Source of the DNA: a virus
DNA length: 47,462 bases
Virus genome (UHGV): UHGV-0128156
Direction: 5' to 3' (one strand)
Part shown: positions 27,841 through 35,621 of the stretch, in pieces
Numbering within the stretch: position 1 is the first letter of the stretch
Layout of the letters: each line of letters starts with the position of its first letter
Program-made: the position numbers and the translations under genes
The notes under the pieces: generated by a model
Seen by the model: only the letters and a program-made list of their open reading frames with translations
Told to the model about the DNA's origin: nothing
Databases searched by the model: none

Positions 27841-28269
27841 TTATTCCTCTAACTCAGGAGCGGTTCCGCCATCAGCCTGCAGCACACTTTCAGGGATACG
27901 GCTTTCCAACGGCTGCATCTCAAAGATTTTGAGTCCATCGAAACCAAGGAAGGTTGTGTTGGTATTGATATTGCCGGTGATGAAGTCGCTAACATCCATC
28001 AATAAAGCGTTAACGATGCTTTCTGTGTCCTGCCGCCAGTAGTTCTCGATGGCCGTCAGTAACGGATCAGAACCATTGCTAACTGACTGCTCGCCAACCT
28101 GGTAGGTTTTCTTGTTGTCTTTCCCGGTGACACATACCAGCTTGCTGGTCTGCATGGATACCTGATCCGAGTTGTTCACCTTAACGGTGATCGTAGCGAC
28201 CTTATTGCCTTCATCGTTCGTGCTGGAGGCATAGAACATGGCTAGGGTTAGCTCATTACGGTTATACAT
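27841..28269 (-). CDS. Hypothetical protein
   Basis: 142-aa ORF between the HNH cluster and terS. Shares a short TITVKV motif with the two KIEYV paralogues. Confidence 0.5.
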   Translation of the reverse strand: MYNRNELTLAMFYASSTNDEGNKVATITVKVNNSDQVSMQTSKLVCVTGKDNKKTYQVGEQSVSNGSDPLLTAIENYWRQDTESIVNALLMDVSDFITGNINTNTTFLGFDGLKIFEMQPLESRIPESVLQADGGTAPELEE

Positions 28270-28583
28270 TATTGGCTCCGTTGACGGTTACGGCGGCGGC
28301 GGCCACGCGGTTGCGGTTGTTGGGCTGGTGGAAGGAGCTCTCCTTCCTTCGGCGGTTCTGCACTAACTGGAACCGTTGGTTCGGCTTGCACCTGCTGGGG
28401 CGGTGGCGCAGGCATCTCTTCTACCGGACCTCCGCCCATTTCAACCTTCAGCAAGGGCTTTTCCTCGAGCGTATGGCTGAAGTAAAGCGCTGTTACTCCG
28501 GCACCGAGGAATGACGTTCCGTTTTTCTCCAGGGCAACCAACTGCCCATCAACGTATTCAATTTTAAGATTCGTGGCGGTCAT
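28269..28583 (-). CDS. Small protein, KIEYV-family paralogue 1 (Pro/Gln-rich middle, Arg-rich C-terminal tail)
   Basis: Start MTATNLKIEYVDGQLVA is ATGA-coupled to the HNH stop. Paralogous N-terminus to the gene at 28942..29226. Confidence 0.55.
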   Translation of the reverse strand: MTATNLKIEYVDGQLVALEKNGTSFLGAGVTALYFSHTLEEKPLLKVEMGGGPVEEMPAPPPQQVQAEPTVPVSAEPPKEGELLPPAQQPQPRGRRRRNRQRSQ

Positions 28584-28942
28584 CGCGTTCTCTCTGTTGC
28601 TGTTTTCTTTCTGTGACATGGCCAGCACAACGACTCCAGGTTGGAGTCGTCATCAGTACCGCCGTGGGCTTTAGGGATGATGTGGTCGACGCTGGTAGCT
28701 TTTGTGGCTATGCCGTGGCGTCGGCAGTTCTGACAAAGATATTTGTCGTGCTGGAGAACTCTGGCGCGGCGAATTTCCCACGGTCGGCCATAACCCCTTT
28801 CATGCCGACTTTTCCCAGCCTGATAATTGCGCCAACCATCGCCAGCATGTTGCAGTCGGTGGGCGTCACAATATCCGCTGGCATCATTGGTTATTGCCGC
28901 GCACCCCCGGTGGCGGCATGGGCGTTTAGAGCGGGCTGGCAT
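28580..28942 (-). CDS. HNH endonuclease (terminase-associated)
   Basis: CxxC...H..H...N...CxxCH motifs. Typical position upstream of terS in HK97-like phages. Confidence 0.85.
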   Translation of the reverse strand: MPARSKRPCRHRGCAAITNDASGYCDAHRLQHAGDGWRNYQAGKSRHERGYGRPWEIRRARVLQHDKYLCQNCRRHGIATKATSVDHIIPKAHGGTDDDSNLESLCWPCHRKKTATERTR

Positions 28943-29226
28943 TAGCGGTTATTCTTAATCGCAGACCAGGCTTTACTACCCGGTCTAAACGCAATATTTA
29001 AAGCGGTATCAATCCGCTTAGATATGTCGTTACCGACATCATCTATCGTCTTCAGGGCTGCGCTAGCATCCATATCAACTTTTATCGTAATGGTTGAAGT
29101 CTGTTTTTCCTTACAATCGGCGCCTGGCTTGATGCTCAATGCGGGGATTGTTGTACCGAATATTGAGCCAGAAACTAAATGGCCAGCAATGACGCCATTA
29201 ACGTATTCAATCTTGATATTTTGCAT
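28942..29226 (-). CDS. Small protein, KIEYV-family paralogue 2
   Basis: MQNIKIEYVNGVIAG... AAGG RBS. Preceded by an intrinsic terminator. Confidence 0.55.
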   Translation of the reverse strand: MQNIKIEYVNGVIAGHLVSGSIFGTTIPALSIKPGADCKEKQTSTITIKVDMDASAALKTIDDVGNDISKRIDTALNIAFRPGSKAWSAIKNNR

Positions 29227-29241
29227 CATGGACCTTTATGA

Positions 29242-29270
29242 ATAAAAAAGCCTCGCATCTGCGAGGCTAC
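29242..29270 (-). terminator. Intrinsic terminator between the AT-rich island / lysis region and the packaging genes
   Basis: Minus strand reads AGCCTCGCAGATGCGAGGCT followed by TTTTTTATTC. Confidence 0.7.
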
Positions 29271-29445
29271 TGGTTAAACATCATGGTGTTGCTGGGCGGC
29301 ATTGAGAAAACTCTATTCAAAGGCTATTTGGCAAAAGAAACATCCGGATTTAGAACTTGATGTATCCAGTGCATTGAAATATCCGAAAAATGTGATAACG
29401 TCAGTTTGGACCAAAACGATAACTGTTTTTATTCATATTACATCT

Positions 29446-29480
29446 CGCCCTGTTCCCCCATAAAACAGGGCGTTTTTTTA
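29446..29480 (+). terminator. Orphan plus-strand intrinsic terminator in the AT-rich intergenic island
   Basis: CGCCCTGTTcccccataaAACAGGGCG followed by TTTTTTTATTC. There is no plus-strand gene upstream. Confidence 0.6.
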
Positions 29481-29588
29481 TTCGCCCACCAGAAAAATCA
29501 ACACAAAACGTATGGGCTAGATACATTAATACCCATAAAAAAGGCCGCATCAGCGACCGTAGGAAATAAGGAAAATATATTTCCACAA

Positions 29589-29768
29589 TCAGGCATACAT
29601 CCAACCTAACACACTAATAATTATTGCTAGTACGATTAAAGTTATGGCCGTCTTGCGCATGAATACACCATAAAACGCCAATGCCATTCCAATACAAACG
29701 ACTATCAATACAGGCCACATGTTAAGCAAAAGTAATAAGTAAGCTTCCAAATCGCTGTGAATCGTCAC
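29589..29768 (-). CDS. Putative 59-aa two-TM small membrane protein (GTG start with GGAG RBS)
   Basis: VTIHSDLEAYLLLLLNMWPVLIVVCIGMALAFYGVFMRKTAITLIVLAIIISVLGWMYA. Lies in the low-GC island downstream of the spanin genes. Below the ORF-track cutoff. Confidence 0.3.
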   Translation of the reverse strand: MTIHSDLEAYLLLLLNMWPVLIVVCIGMALAFYGVFMRKTAITLIVLAIIISVLGWMYA

Positions 29769-30107
29769 AATTACTCCGAATTCATTAAGTCAGCCATTCC
29801 ATAGTTCAAAACTTCGTCACACGATATCATGTGATTGCCCCTTACAAGACCAGATCCTATCACAAAATTTTAACAAGAGAGTGCTGTTTGTGAGCAGTAT
29901 CGGGAGATTTACCCACTACCCTTAGATGAGATAGACATTCTCATCGATTTGTTATTTGCCAGGATATCGCACCTGAACTGCTCTGAAAATATTTTCGAGT
30001 TATTTACCGCTTACGCTTGTTGTTTCTGAGCTGGCTTCTAGGCTAAAAGAGCCATTACATAAAAGACCTTGCGTTTACTTACCCGTGGACCTCAAGGATG
30101 AGGCCAT

Positions 30108-30341
30108 TTATTTCACTCGCTGAGAGGAGTTAATGCTCTGGCAGTTAGCTAGCACCAATTTATTGTGCGCCAGAATGTCGCGCTTGGTCTGCTTATCCAG
30201 CACGTCGATATCGTGGTCGGTCAGGTAGATAATTCGTACCCAGCTGCAGGCCGTATCAACCACCACCGGGGCGGGTAAAGTTTTCGCGCAGCTCCCGATC
30301 AACATCGTCATCAGGCATATGGCTAACAGTCTGCTGAACAT
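30108..30341 (-). CDS. o-spanin (Rz1-like outer-membrane lipoprotein), overlapping the 3' part of the i-spanin gene in another frame
   Basis: MFSRLLAICLMTMLIGSC gives a lipobox. AGAGAGG RBS inside the i-spanin gene. Extends beyond the i-spanin stop. Confidence 0.6.
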   Translation of the reverse strand: MFSRLLAICLMTMLIGSCAKTLPAPVVVDTACSWVRIIYLTDHDIDVLDKQTKRDILAHNKLVLANCQSINSSQRVK

Positions 30342-30519
30342 TGCTGGCCTCTCTGGTGGCTTCCTCTTTCCGTTCAGCCGCGGCGACGCTAGCAGCGGCT
30401 TTCTCTTCAGTACGCTTTTGTGCTGCTTTGGCTTCTGCCTTACTGGTCCCGCGGCCGAACGCACCAGCGATAGCACCCAGGATGAGGACCACCAGCCCAG
30501 CAATAATTTCAAAGCTCAT
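30256..30519 (-). CDS. i-spanin (Rz-like)
   Basis: N-terminal TM helix MSFEIIAGLVVLILGAIAGAF followed by a charged helical periplasmic region. ATGA-coupled to the upstream gene. Confidence 0.55.
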   Translation of the reverse strand: MSFEIIAGLVVLILGAIAGAFGRGTSKAEAKAAQKRTEEKAAASVAAAERKEEATREASNVQQTVSHMPDDDVDRELRENFTRPGGG

Positions 30520-30863
30520 TGTTGCGGCTCCTTCTGTTCGTCGGCCTTATCTTTCAATGCTGGCTGGCGTACGTATTGTGAGAGCACCGCCAGCACTACC
30601 AGGGCGGGACTAATCATCGCAACGATGTTTGGCGGCAAGATGTTTTTGATGTCCGGTGGCAGCATCGCCCAGGCATGAAGTGCTGCATGCGGGAATGACT
30701 GCGCCCATACACCAACCAGTGCACCAGCTGTCCCCAGACGAACAGACCAAGTTCTAAGTAACAGGCGAGCATGTCCCACAAACTCAAGACGGGTATACTT
30801 TCTTAACAGCAACAACGTTAAAACAGCCACCAGTGCAAGCAGGAAGAAAATAATAAGCTTCAT
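30516..30863 (-). CDS. Lysis-cassette membrane protein (about 3 predicted TM helices)
   Basis: MKLIIFFLLALVAVLTLLLL plus two further hydrophobic segments. ATGA-coupled on both sides, between the endolysin and i-spanin genes. Confidence 0.55.
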   Translation of the reverse strand: MKLIIFFLLALVAVLTLLLLRKYTRLEFVGHARLLLRTWSVRLGTAGALVGVWAQSFPHAALHAWAMLPPDIKNILPPNIVAMISPALVVLAVLSQYVRQPALKDKADEQKEPQQ

Positions 30864-31402
30864 AGGTTTACTCTCTCCTTCACCCACCCGAAGAGAAATT
30901 CTTCATTGGCTTCCCGCGCTTCCGCCAGTTCGAGATACCGTGCGCCCTGACTGCAGTTCAACCCTTTCAGTATCACCGTGCCCCCGGCACTACCCCGTAA
31001 GGCGAGGTAACTGCGCAGCGCGGCGATCGTGATGTTCCCGATGACGCCATCTGGTTTCAGGTCGGGATACAGTTTGCCGCGTTGGTTCAGTGCCGTCAGC
31101 CAACGCTGCAGGAAAGTTGTGGAAACACGCGGCCCCATGTTGACGCCGGTATCGCATAACTCTTCTGCGATTGATGGTGACAGTTCGGCGATCTTGTCAA
31201 ATTTGGGCTCCAACCAATACTGCTGCATATAGATTTCTTTCGCAGTATCCCTAGGGAGCTCTTTCATATCGCCTTTGTAACCGTATGCACGGGCTGTGTT
31301 CTGGGTGATACCCCAACGAGTAGGACCACCTTTATCATTCGGGTTATTAACGTAACCCCCTTCTTTGCCGAGGATGGCTTCAATGATCTGGTCTGCTGTC
31401 AT
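30860..31402 (-). CDS. Endolysin, glycoside hydrolase family 108 N-terminal domain plus PG_binding_3-type C-terminal domain
   Basis: EGGYVNNPNDKGGPTRWGIT signature of GH108. ATGA overlap with holin. Confidence 0.8.
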   Translation of the reverse strand: MTADQIIEAILGKEGGYVNNPNDKGGPTRWGITQNTARAYGYKGDMKELPRDTAKEIYMQQYWLEPKFDKIAELSPSIAEELCDTGVNMGPRVSTTFLQRWLTALNQRGKLYPDLKPDGVIGNITIAALRSYLALRGSAGGTVILKGLNCSQGARYLELAEAREANEEFLFGWVKERVNL

Positions 31403-31710
31403 TGTGCTTTCACTCCGGTAATGCGTTCCCAAAAGTACGTAAGCGCCACAGAGCCCATCGCACCGCTAATGCCTGAAGTTACCAAGATCATGTAAAGGCT
31501 AAGTCCGCTTTCCACGCTAACCAACCCGCCGATAAGCCCTGTAAACCCGGATACCGCAATTTGAGCGAGAGCGTTAATCCAGCTCCAGGTGGCTTTGTTT
31601 TGCTTAACGTCAATCAGGTATCGGACAAGGCCGCCCCAGCATGACAGAGCAAGGACAATCAGCCATGAAACTCCGGCAATGCTTTCTTTATCTTGCATAC
31701 GTTTAGCCAT
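31399..31710 (-). CDS. Holin
   Basis: 103 aa with 2-3 TM helices and a charged C-terminus. First gene of the lysis cassette, with a GGAGGTGAT RBS. Confidence 0.75.
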   Translation of the reverse strand: MAKRMQDKESIAGVSWLIVLALSCWGGLVRYLIDVKQNKATWSWINALAQIAVSGFTGLIGGLVSVESGLSLYMILVTSGISGAMGSVALTYFWERITGVKAQ

Positions 31711-32236
31711 ATCACCTCCGGGTTAACGGGGTGCTGTGTGAGTTTGAAAGGATCAGGCCCATCGGGCTGATTTAACAACGAGCCGTATCGATGATGAATC
31801 CCGTGAGCCTGAAATGAAAAAGGCCACGCAAATGCGCAGCCTGTAATTGTCGTGGGTAATATTTTTAATTGTCGCCAGAGGATCACTGACGCTGGAAATC
31901 ACCACAAGCGGTTGAAATCTGATCCACCAGATAGCAAAAAGCGCCGCAAGGTAGCGAGGTCATCAAGTGATTGTCTGGTGGCCGGTGCAGATCTCCGGCT
32001 TGAACCTATTCTGGTACTCCCGCGATTTACTAAAGCGACCTGGAGCGCATTAGCGGTCTTCGCTGATTTTCATCGCGTCGGCTTCACGCATCAGCCTGCG
32101 CATTCACCACAACGATAATGGCGCTCAGTGCATTTAAGCCAGGTCCCATAAGGGAAAGTGCCATTATCTGTTGCGCGCTCCGTTTCGTGGAGCAACGTCG
32201 TTTTGCGAAGGCGGAATTGACATGGAGTATTCAGGT

Positions 32237-32267
32237 AAAAAATGCCAGCCTCTGGAGGGGCTGGCAA
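32237..32267 (-). terminator. Late-leader terminator 3
   Basis: Minus strand reads GCCAGCCCCTCCAGAGGCTGGC followed by ATTTTTTACC. Confidence 0.5.
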
Positions 32268-32336
32268 AGGGATGTGACTTCGATTTTGTATTGGGCGTGA
32301 TACACGGGTATCGGTATCACAACTACATTATAGACA

Positions 32337-32366
32337 ATAAAAAAGCCCTGTATCTCTACAGGGCCC
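32337..32366 (-). terminator. Late-leader terminator 2
   Basis: Minus strand reads GGGCCCTGTAGAGATACAGGGC followed by TTTTTTATTGTC. Confidence 0.65.
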
Positions 32367-32639
32367 TGAAATCAGGACAGAAAGAATCGAACACCTAAGG
32401 TGTGTGGTGCCGGGTGCTTCCCGGAGAATCGGCCAGCGAACCGATCCGTGTGCTTACGATAAAAGATAGGAACCGCTGTACACTCCACCGCGTTGGGGAT
32501 TCACCACGCAGGAAAAGTAACAAAAATCTTCACCCACCACACTCAAGATTTTGTCTAAATCTGGAAAATACAACTCGACGATATGACAGGGGTACTGATG
32601 CTCAGCATCTCGCGAATACCCCTGTCGTATCGCCGGAAA

Positions 32640-32664
32640 GCAAAAACCCCGCACTGGCGGGGCT
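32640..32664 (-). terminator. Late-leader terminator 1 (tR'-like)
   Basis: Minus strand reads GCCCCGCCAGTGCGGGG followed by TTTTTGCTTTCC, about 60-85 nt downstream of the predicted late promoter. Confidence 0.65.
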
Positions 32665-32724
32665 CTCGTTATAATCAAATTGTCGCTTTTTGTCGCTGCC
32701 GAGTGGCGCAGCTCTGCCAAGCAT

Positions 32725-32760
32725 GAATGGATTATCTGATTTTTTGGCCCATTTTCAACA
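32725..32760 (-). promoter_or_regulatory. Putative late promoter (pR'-like) downstream of the Q-position gene
   Basis: Minus strand reads TTGAAA, then 16 nt, then GATAAT. A short transcript would end at terminator 1, which is the lambda 6S-RNA arrangement. Confidence 0.5.
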
Positions 32761-32786
32761 TCAAAAGGGATTTATAGCACTTTTTG

Positions 32787-33392
32787 TTAATCAGCCTGAA
32801 TTCCCTTTCGTACCGACAGAAATGTTTTTGCTCTGAATATTTCCAGGCACCATCGCACGCGCTTGCGGGCTTCACCATCTGTTAGCCACGGAGCCACCAG
32901 CTGTAATTCCCGGGTTATGTCAGAGATTTTTTTACGTGTGGTGTAATAACTAACTCCTACCAGATAAACCGGATCCGCCGTTTCAAATGCGCCGAGAACA
33001 CAGCGCTCTACGAATTCGGCATCATCATCATGAATAGCGGAATCTATCAGGCCGATGACAGGCTGAGGCCATAAAATCGCATGTGCTCGGTTTAAGGCTT
33101 GCTGGCCTCGATATCCCTCCTCCCTCGCCTGTTCTATCGCGGCAGTAAATCGTTCCAGCGCTTTATCTGACCAGCGGTCCCCTTTCAAACCTCGCCAGCA
33201 GGAGTGGCCTGTGGGCTTTCGGGGAGCTGTTCCCCCACGCATGCTCTCTCCCCATATTGTAAGTAGCGATTTAATCCAGGCAGACTGAATGCCATTCAGG
33301 GGCGTAAACCGGCCTAACCAGCTTTTGCGAGGCGCGGCGGCCACTGTTTCTAATCCTGCGCGCTGCAGCCGGCGTTGACGTGGTGTCATCAT
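32787..33392 (-). CDS. Putative late-gene regulator at the Q position (antiterminator candidate; no recognisable Q zinc finger)
   Basis: About 200 aa, last gene before the late promoter and terminators. The assignment is positional only. Confidence 0.35.
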   Translation of the reverse strand: MMTPRQRRLQRAGLETVAAAPRKSWLGRFTPLNGIQSAWIKSLLTIWGESMRGGTAPRKPTGHSCWRGLKGDRWSDKALERFTAAIEQAREEGYRGQQALNRAHAILWPQPVIGLIDSAIHDDDAEFVERCVLGAFETADPVYLVGVSYYTTRKKISDITRELQLVAPWLTDGEARKRVRWCLEIFRAKTFLSVRKGIQAD

Positions 33393-33402
33393 GCTCTTCT
33401 CC

Positions 33403-34434
33403 TTACGCCAGAACGCCGAGCGCATAGGCCCGGTCCAGCAATTTAATAATTAATTCCGGCTGACTGCCGTACTCACTCTCGAAAGCAACTGGATCGTGAT
33501 GAAGCGTCCGGTGATGCTTACGGCAAAGAGGGATCGTAAAAATATCGTGTGCCTTGGTACCAACGCCGCCCTGCCCCCATCCGATAAGGTGATGCGCATC
33601 GTCGGCAGACTGACCGCAGCACATACATGGCTGAGTTTTTACCCAGGAAATAAAACCATCTGACACCCAGCGGATCCGCTTAGGTCTGGTGAATAAAGTG
33701 GCTGGTGCCACGGGATCAACAACCACTGGCACCTCTGGTTTTACCGGGGCTGGTGGTCCAGGATGCCTGGCAACCTTAGCAACAAGCGGGGAAAGAATGC
33801 TGGTGGCCGGCACCGATGGGACGATTTCGCTTTCTTTGTAGACTGACTGGAAAACCTCTTCTTTAAGCCGGAGGGAACGGCGCGCCATCTCTTCTGTGAT
33901 TTCGTCCCCTATCCCAACGCTGACAGCCCACCAGCACAATTCAGCAAGTGACAGGGAGCGTTCAGGGTCAAATCCCAGTGCGATACGGGCAGCATCGATT
34001 ATCAGATCTGCGTTATTGATACCTACCAGCCTATCAAGGGTTTGATCGGTCTGGTACTTCAGCTCGTTATCACAATGCCAGCATGCGACGATTGCCCCAG
34101 TTGAATGCCGGAACGTTACCAGCTCTGAATGGTGATAATCAGAATGTGGCCACTGGCAATGCTTAACCCTCTTAAGCAACCAGGATTCGAGACTATTCAC
34201 ACCACCAGCAGCCCTCACTACCCGCTCTTTCATAAAGAATGGTCGAATATCAGGATCATCTCGTAAAGGTTGCCCGACGTCAGGAATGCGCCCGCTTGGT
34301 AGAGCCTTCATTTTTTCTGGCAGAGTCTCCACCAGCACGCGCCCACCGCTGAATAAAGGCATCAACTCTTTCCCGGGTTTAAGCAACACAATTCCCAGGT
34401 GCCGGGCAACATCAACATTTAGTAATGCGCGCAT
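33403..34434 (-). CDS. DUF968-like phage protein with C-terminal HNH-type motif
   Basis: C-terminus CMCCGQSADDAHHLIGWGQGG...CRKHHRTLHHD. Size and position resemble the YdfU/DUF968 proteins of lambdoid prophages. Confidence 0.5.
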   Translation of the reverse strand: MRALLNVDVARHLGIVLLKPGKELMPLFSGGRVLVETLPEKMKALPSGRIPDVGQPLRDDPDIRPFFMKERVVRAAGGVNSLESWLLKRVKHCQWPHSDYHHSELVTFRHSTGAIVACWHCDNELKYQTDQTLDRLVGINNADLIIDAARIALGFDPERSLSLAELCWWAVSVGIGDEITEEMARRSLRLKEEVFQSVYKESEIVPSVPATSILSPLVAKVARHPGPPAPVKPEVPVVVDPVAPATLFTRPKRIRWVSDGFISWVKTQPCMCCGQSADDAHHLIGWGQGGVGTKAHDIFTIPLCRKHHRTLHHDPVAFESEYGSQPELIIKLLDRAYALGVLA

Positions 34435-34637
34435 CAGTCCCTCCACATTTTTTGTGTGTAGGTTCTGTTAATGCGCGGTGGCTTGCTGGATTCCGGCAAC
34501 AGCACACGGAGTTCCCATGAGATAAAGTCGCTCGACAGGCTTTTCTCAACCGGACAATTCTTTTTCCGGTAGCGTTCCGCCAGTTCCAGAGCTTGAGACT
34601 CTGAAAGTTGTTCATGGAGAAACCAGCTTTTCTTCAT
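34434..34637 (-). CDS. Hypothetical 67-aa protein
   Basis: Translationally coupled on both sides (ATGA upstream, TGATG downstream). Confidence 0.45.
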   Translation of the reverse strand: MKKSWFLHEQLSESQALELAERYRKKNCPVEKSLSSDFISWELRVLLPESSKPPRINRTYTQKMWRD

Positions 34638-35026
34638 GGGCGGGCCTCGTACACTCGCAGGAACTCCAGCGCCCGATCACGCGCCCCAGGTTCGTCAGCG
34701 ATCATTTCCTGCAGCAGCTGCACGGCAAGTAATGGTTCCTTTCTTCCGACGACAGAAATCCCACGGGAAACACCGCGAGATAGTTTTATGAAGTTTTTTT
34801 TATGTAACGCACGAAGGTGCAAAGCGACAGCATTCGGTGAGCTAACGCCGAGAAGCCCGGCCAGTTCCTGAACGGTCGGCGGGTAGCCATGCTGATTGAT
34901 ATATGCCACCAGCAGATCAAAAACTTCCTGCTGTCGTGGTGTCAGGTTGTGGAATGAAGAAAGACCGGCACCATCAACATGATCGCCAGCCTGTTCCGCA
35001 TCAGATATTAATTTTGTTTGCGCCAT
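34634..35026 (-). CDS. LexA N-terminal DNA-binding-domain homologue lacking the S24 autocleavage domain
   Basis: [65 protein letters not shown] aligns with the LexA winged-helix DNA-binding domain ([67 protein letters not shown]). Only about 45 further residues and no Ser/Lys peptidase motifs. GGAGAG RBS. Confidence 0.7.
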   Translation of the reverse strand: [130 protein letters not shown]

Positions 35027-35066
35027 GGTTTCTCTCCGTGACGCAGCAGGTATAGGTTGTTCAGGC

Positions 35067-35357
35067 CTATGACGGGAGTGTAACAGAGCCCGGAGGAATC
35101 TGGTAACCCCCTCCGGTCTTTGCTCTTTCAATCATCTGCGAAAACAGCGAGAGAGTCCCCACGATCTCATCGGGCTGCAGAGGCATAAACGAAACAGTAT
35201 CACCGCGACGGTACATTAAAGCGCGCTCACATACGGGAAAAGAGGTGAGACGGGCAACAATTAAACCGTCATCGCATCTGATTACTACATAGCCGGTGTT
35301 CGGCATTTGTTGTTTTTTAGCCACAGCAAAATCCTCAAAATAAACCAGGTCAGCCAC
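35067..35357 (-). CDS. Hypothetical protein immediately downstream of dinI (candidate antirepressor; GTG start, alternative TTG at 35372)
   Basis: Second gene of the LexA-box operon. No recognisable domain. Confidence 0.4.
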   Translation of the reverse strand: MADLVYFEDFAVAKKQQMPNTGYVVIRCDDGLIVARLTSFPVCERALMYRRGDTVSFMPLQPDEIVGTLSLFSQMIERAKTGGGYQIPPGSVTLPS

Positions 35358-35368
35358 TGGACCTCTAC

Positions 35369-35602
35369 TCAATAGAACCAGTCGTCAGCACTTTCCCAGG
35401 TATCCTGAAGGATTTGCTCCACCCGCTTTTTGTCCCCATCCATCCCACCAAGCACACTCAGACCATCAGTACCGGTTCGGCGAATGATAAAACTGCGGTT
35501 GTTAAAGTTTTGGTCATGTCGCCGCAGCAACTCTTTCTCTAATGCCGGGACAGCGCCATCTGGTAGCTTTTTGCGACGATCAATTGTGATTTCCACTTTC
35601 AT
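35369..35602 (-). CDS. dinI: DinI-family protein (DNA-damage-inducible protein I homologue)
   Basis: C-terminus ...KKRVEQILQDTWESADDWFY matches DinI ...KQRISEILQETWESADDWF. AAGGGG RBS. Confidence 0.8.
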   Translation of the reverse strand: MKVEITIDRRKKLPDGAVPALEKELLRRHDQNFNNRSFIIRRTGTDGLSVLGGMDGDKKRVEQILQDTWESADDWFY

Positions 35603-35621
35603 AATTAGCCCCTTATGCAAA

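Noticed and set aside
31659-31886. 75-aa minus-strand ORF overlapping the holin start
   Set aside because: It overlaps the holin RBS and start in another frame. It is likely a chance ORF.
32380-32460. GTTCGATTC T-loop-like motif in the late leader, searched for a tRNA as in Stx-phage Q-S regions
   Set aside because: No complementary T-stem or acceptor stem could be formed on either strand.
32454-32720. 88-aa minus-strand ORF spanning the late promoter region
   Set aside because: It begins inside the predicted promoter, runs through an intrinsic terminator hairpin and has no RBS.
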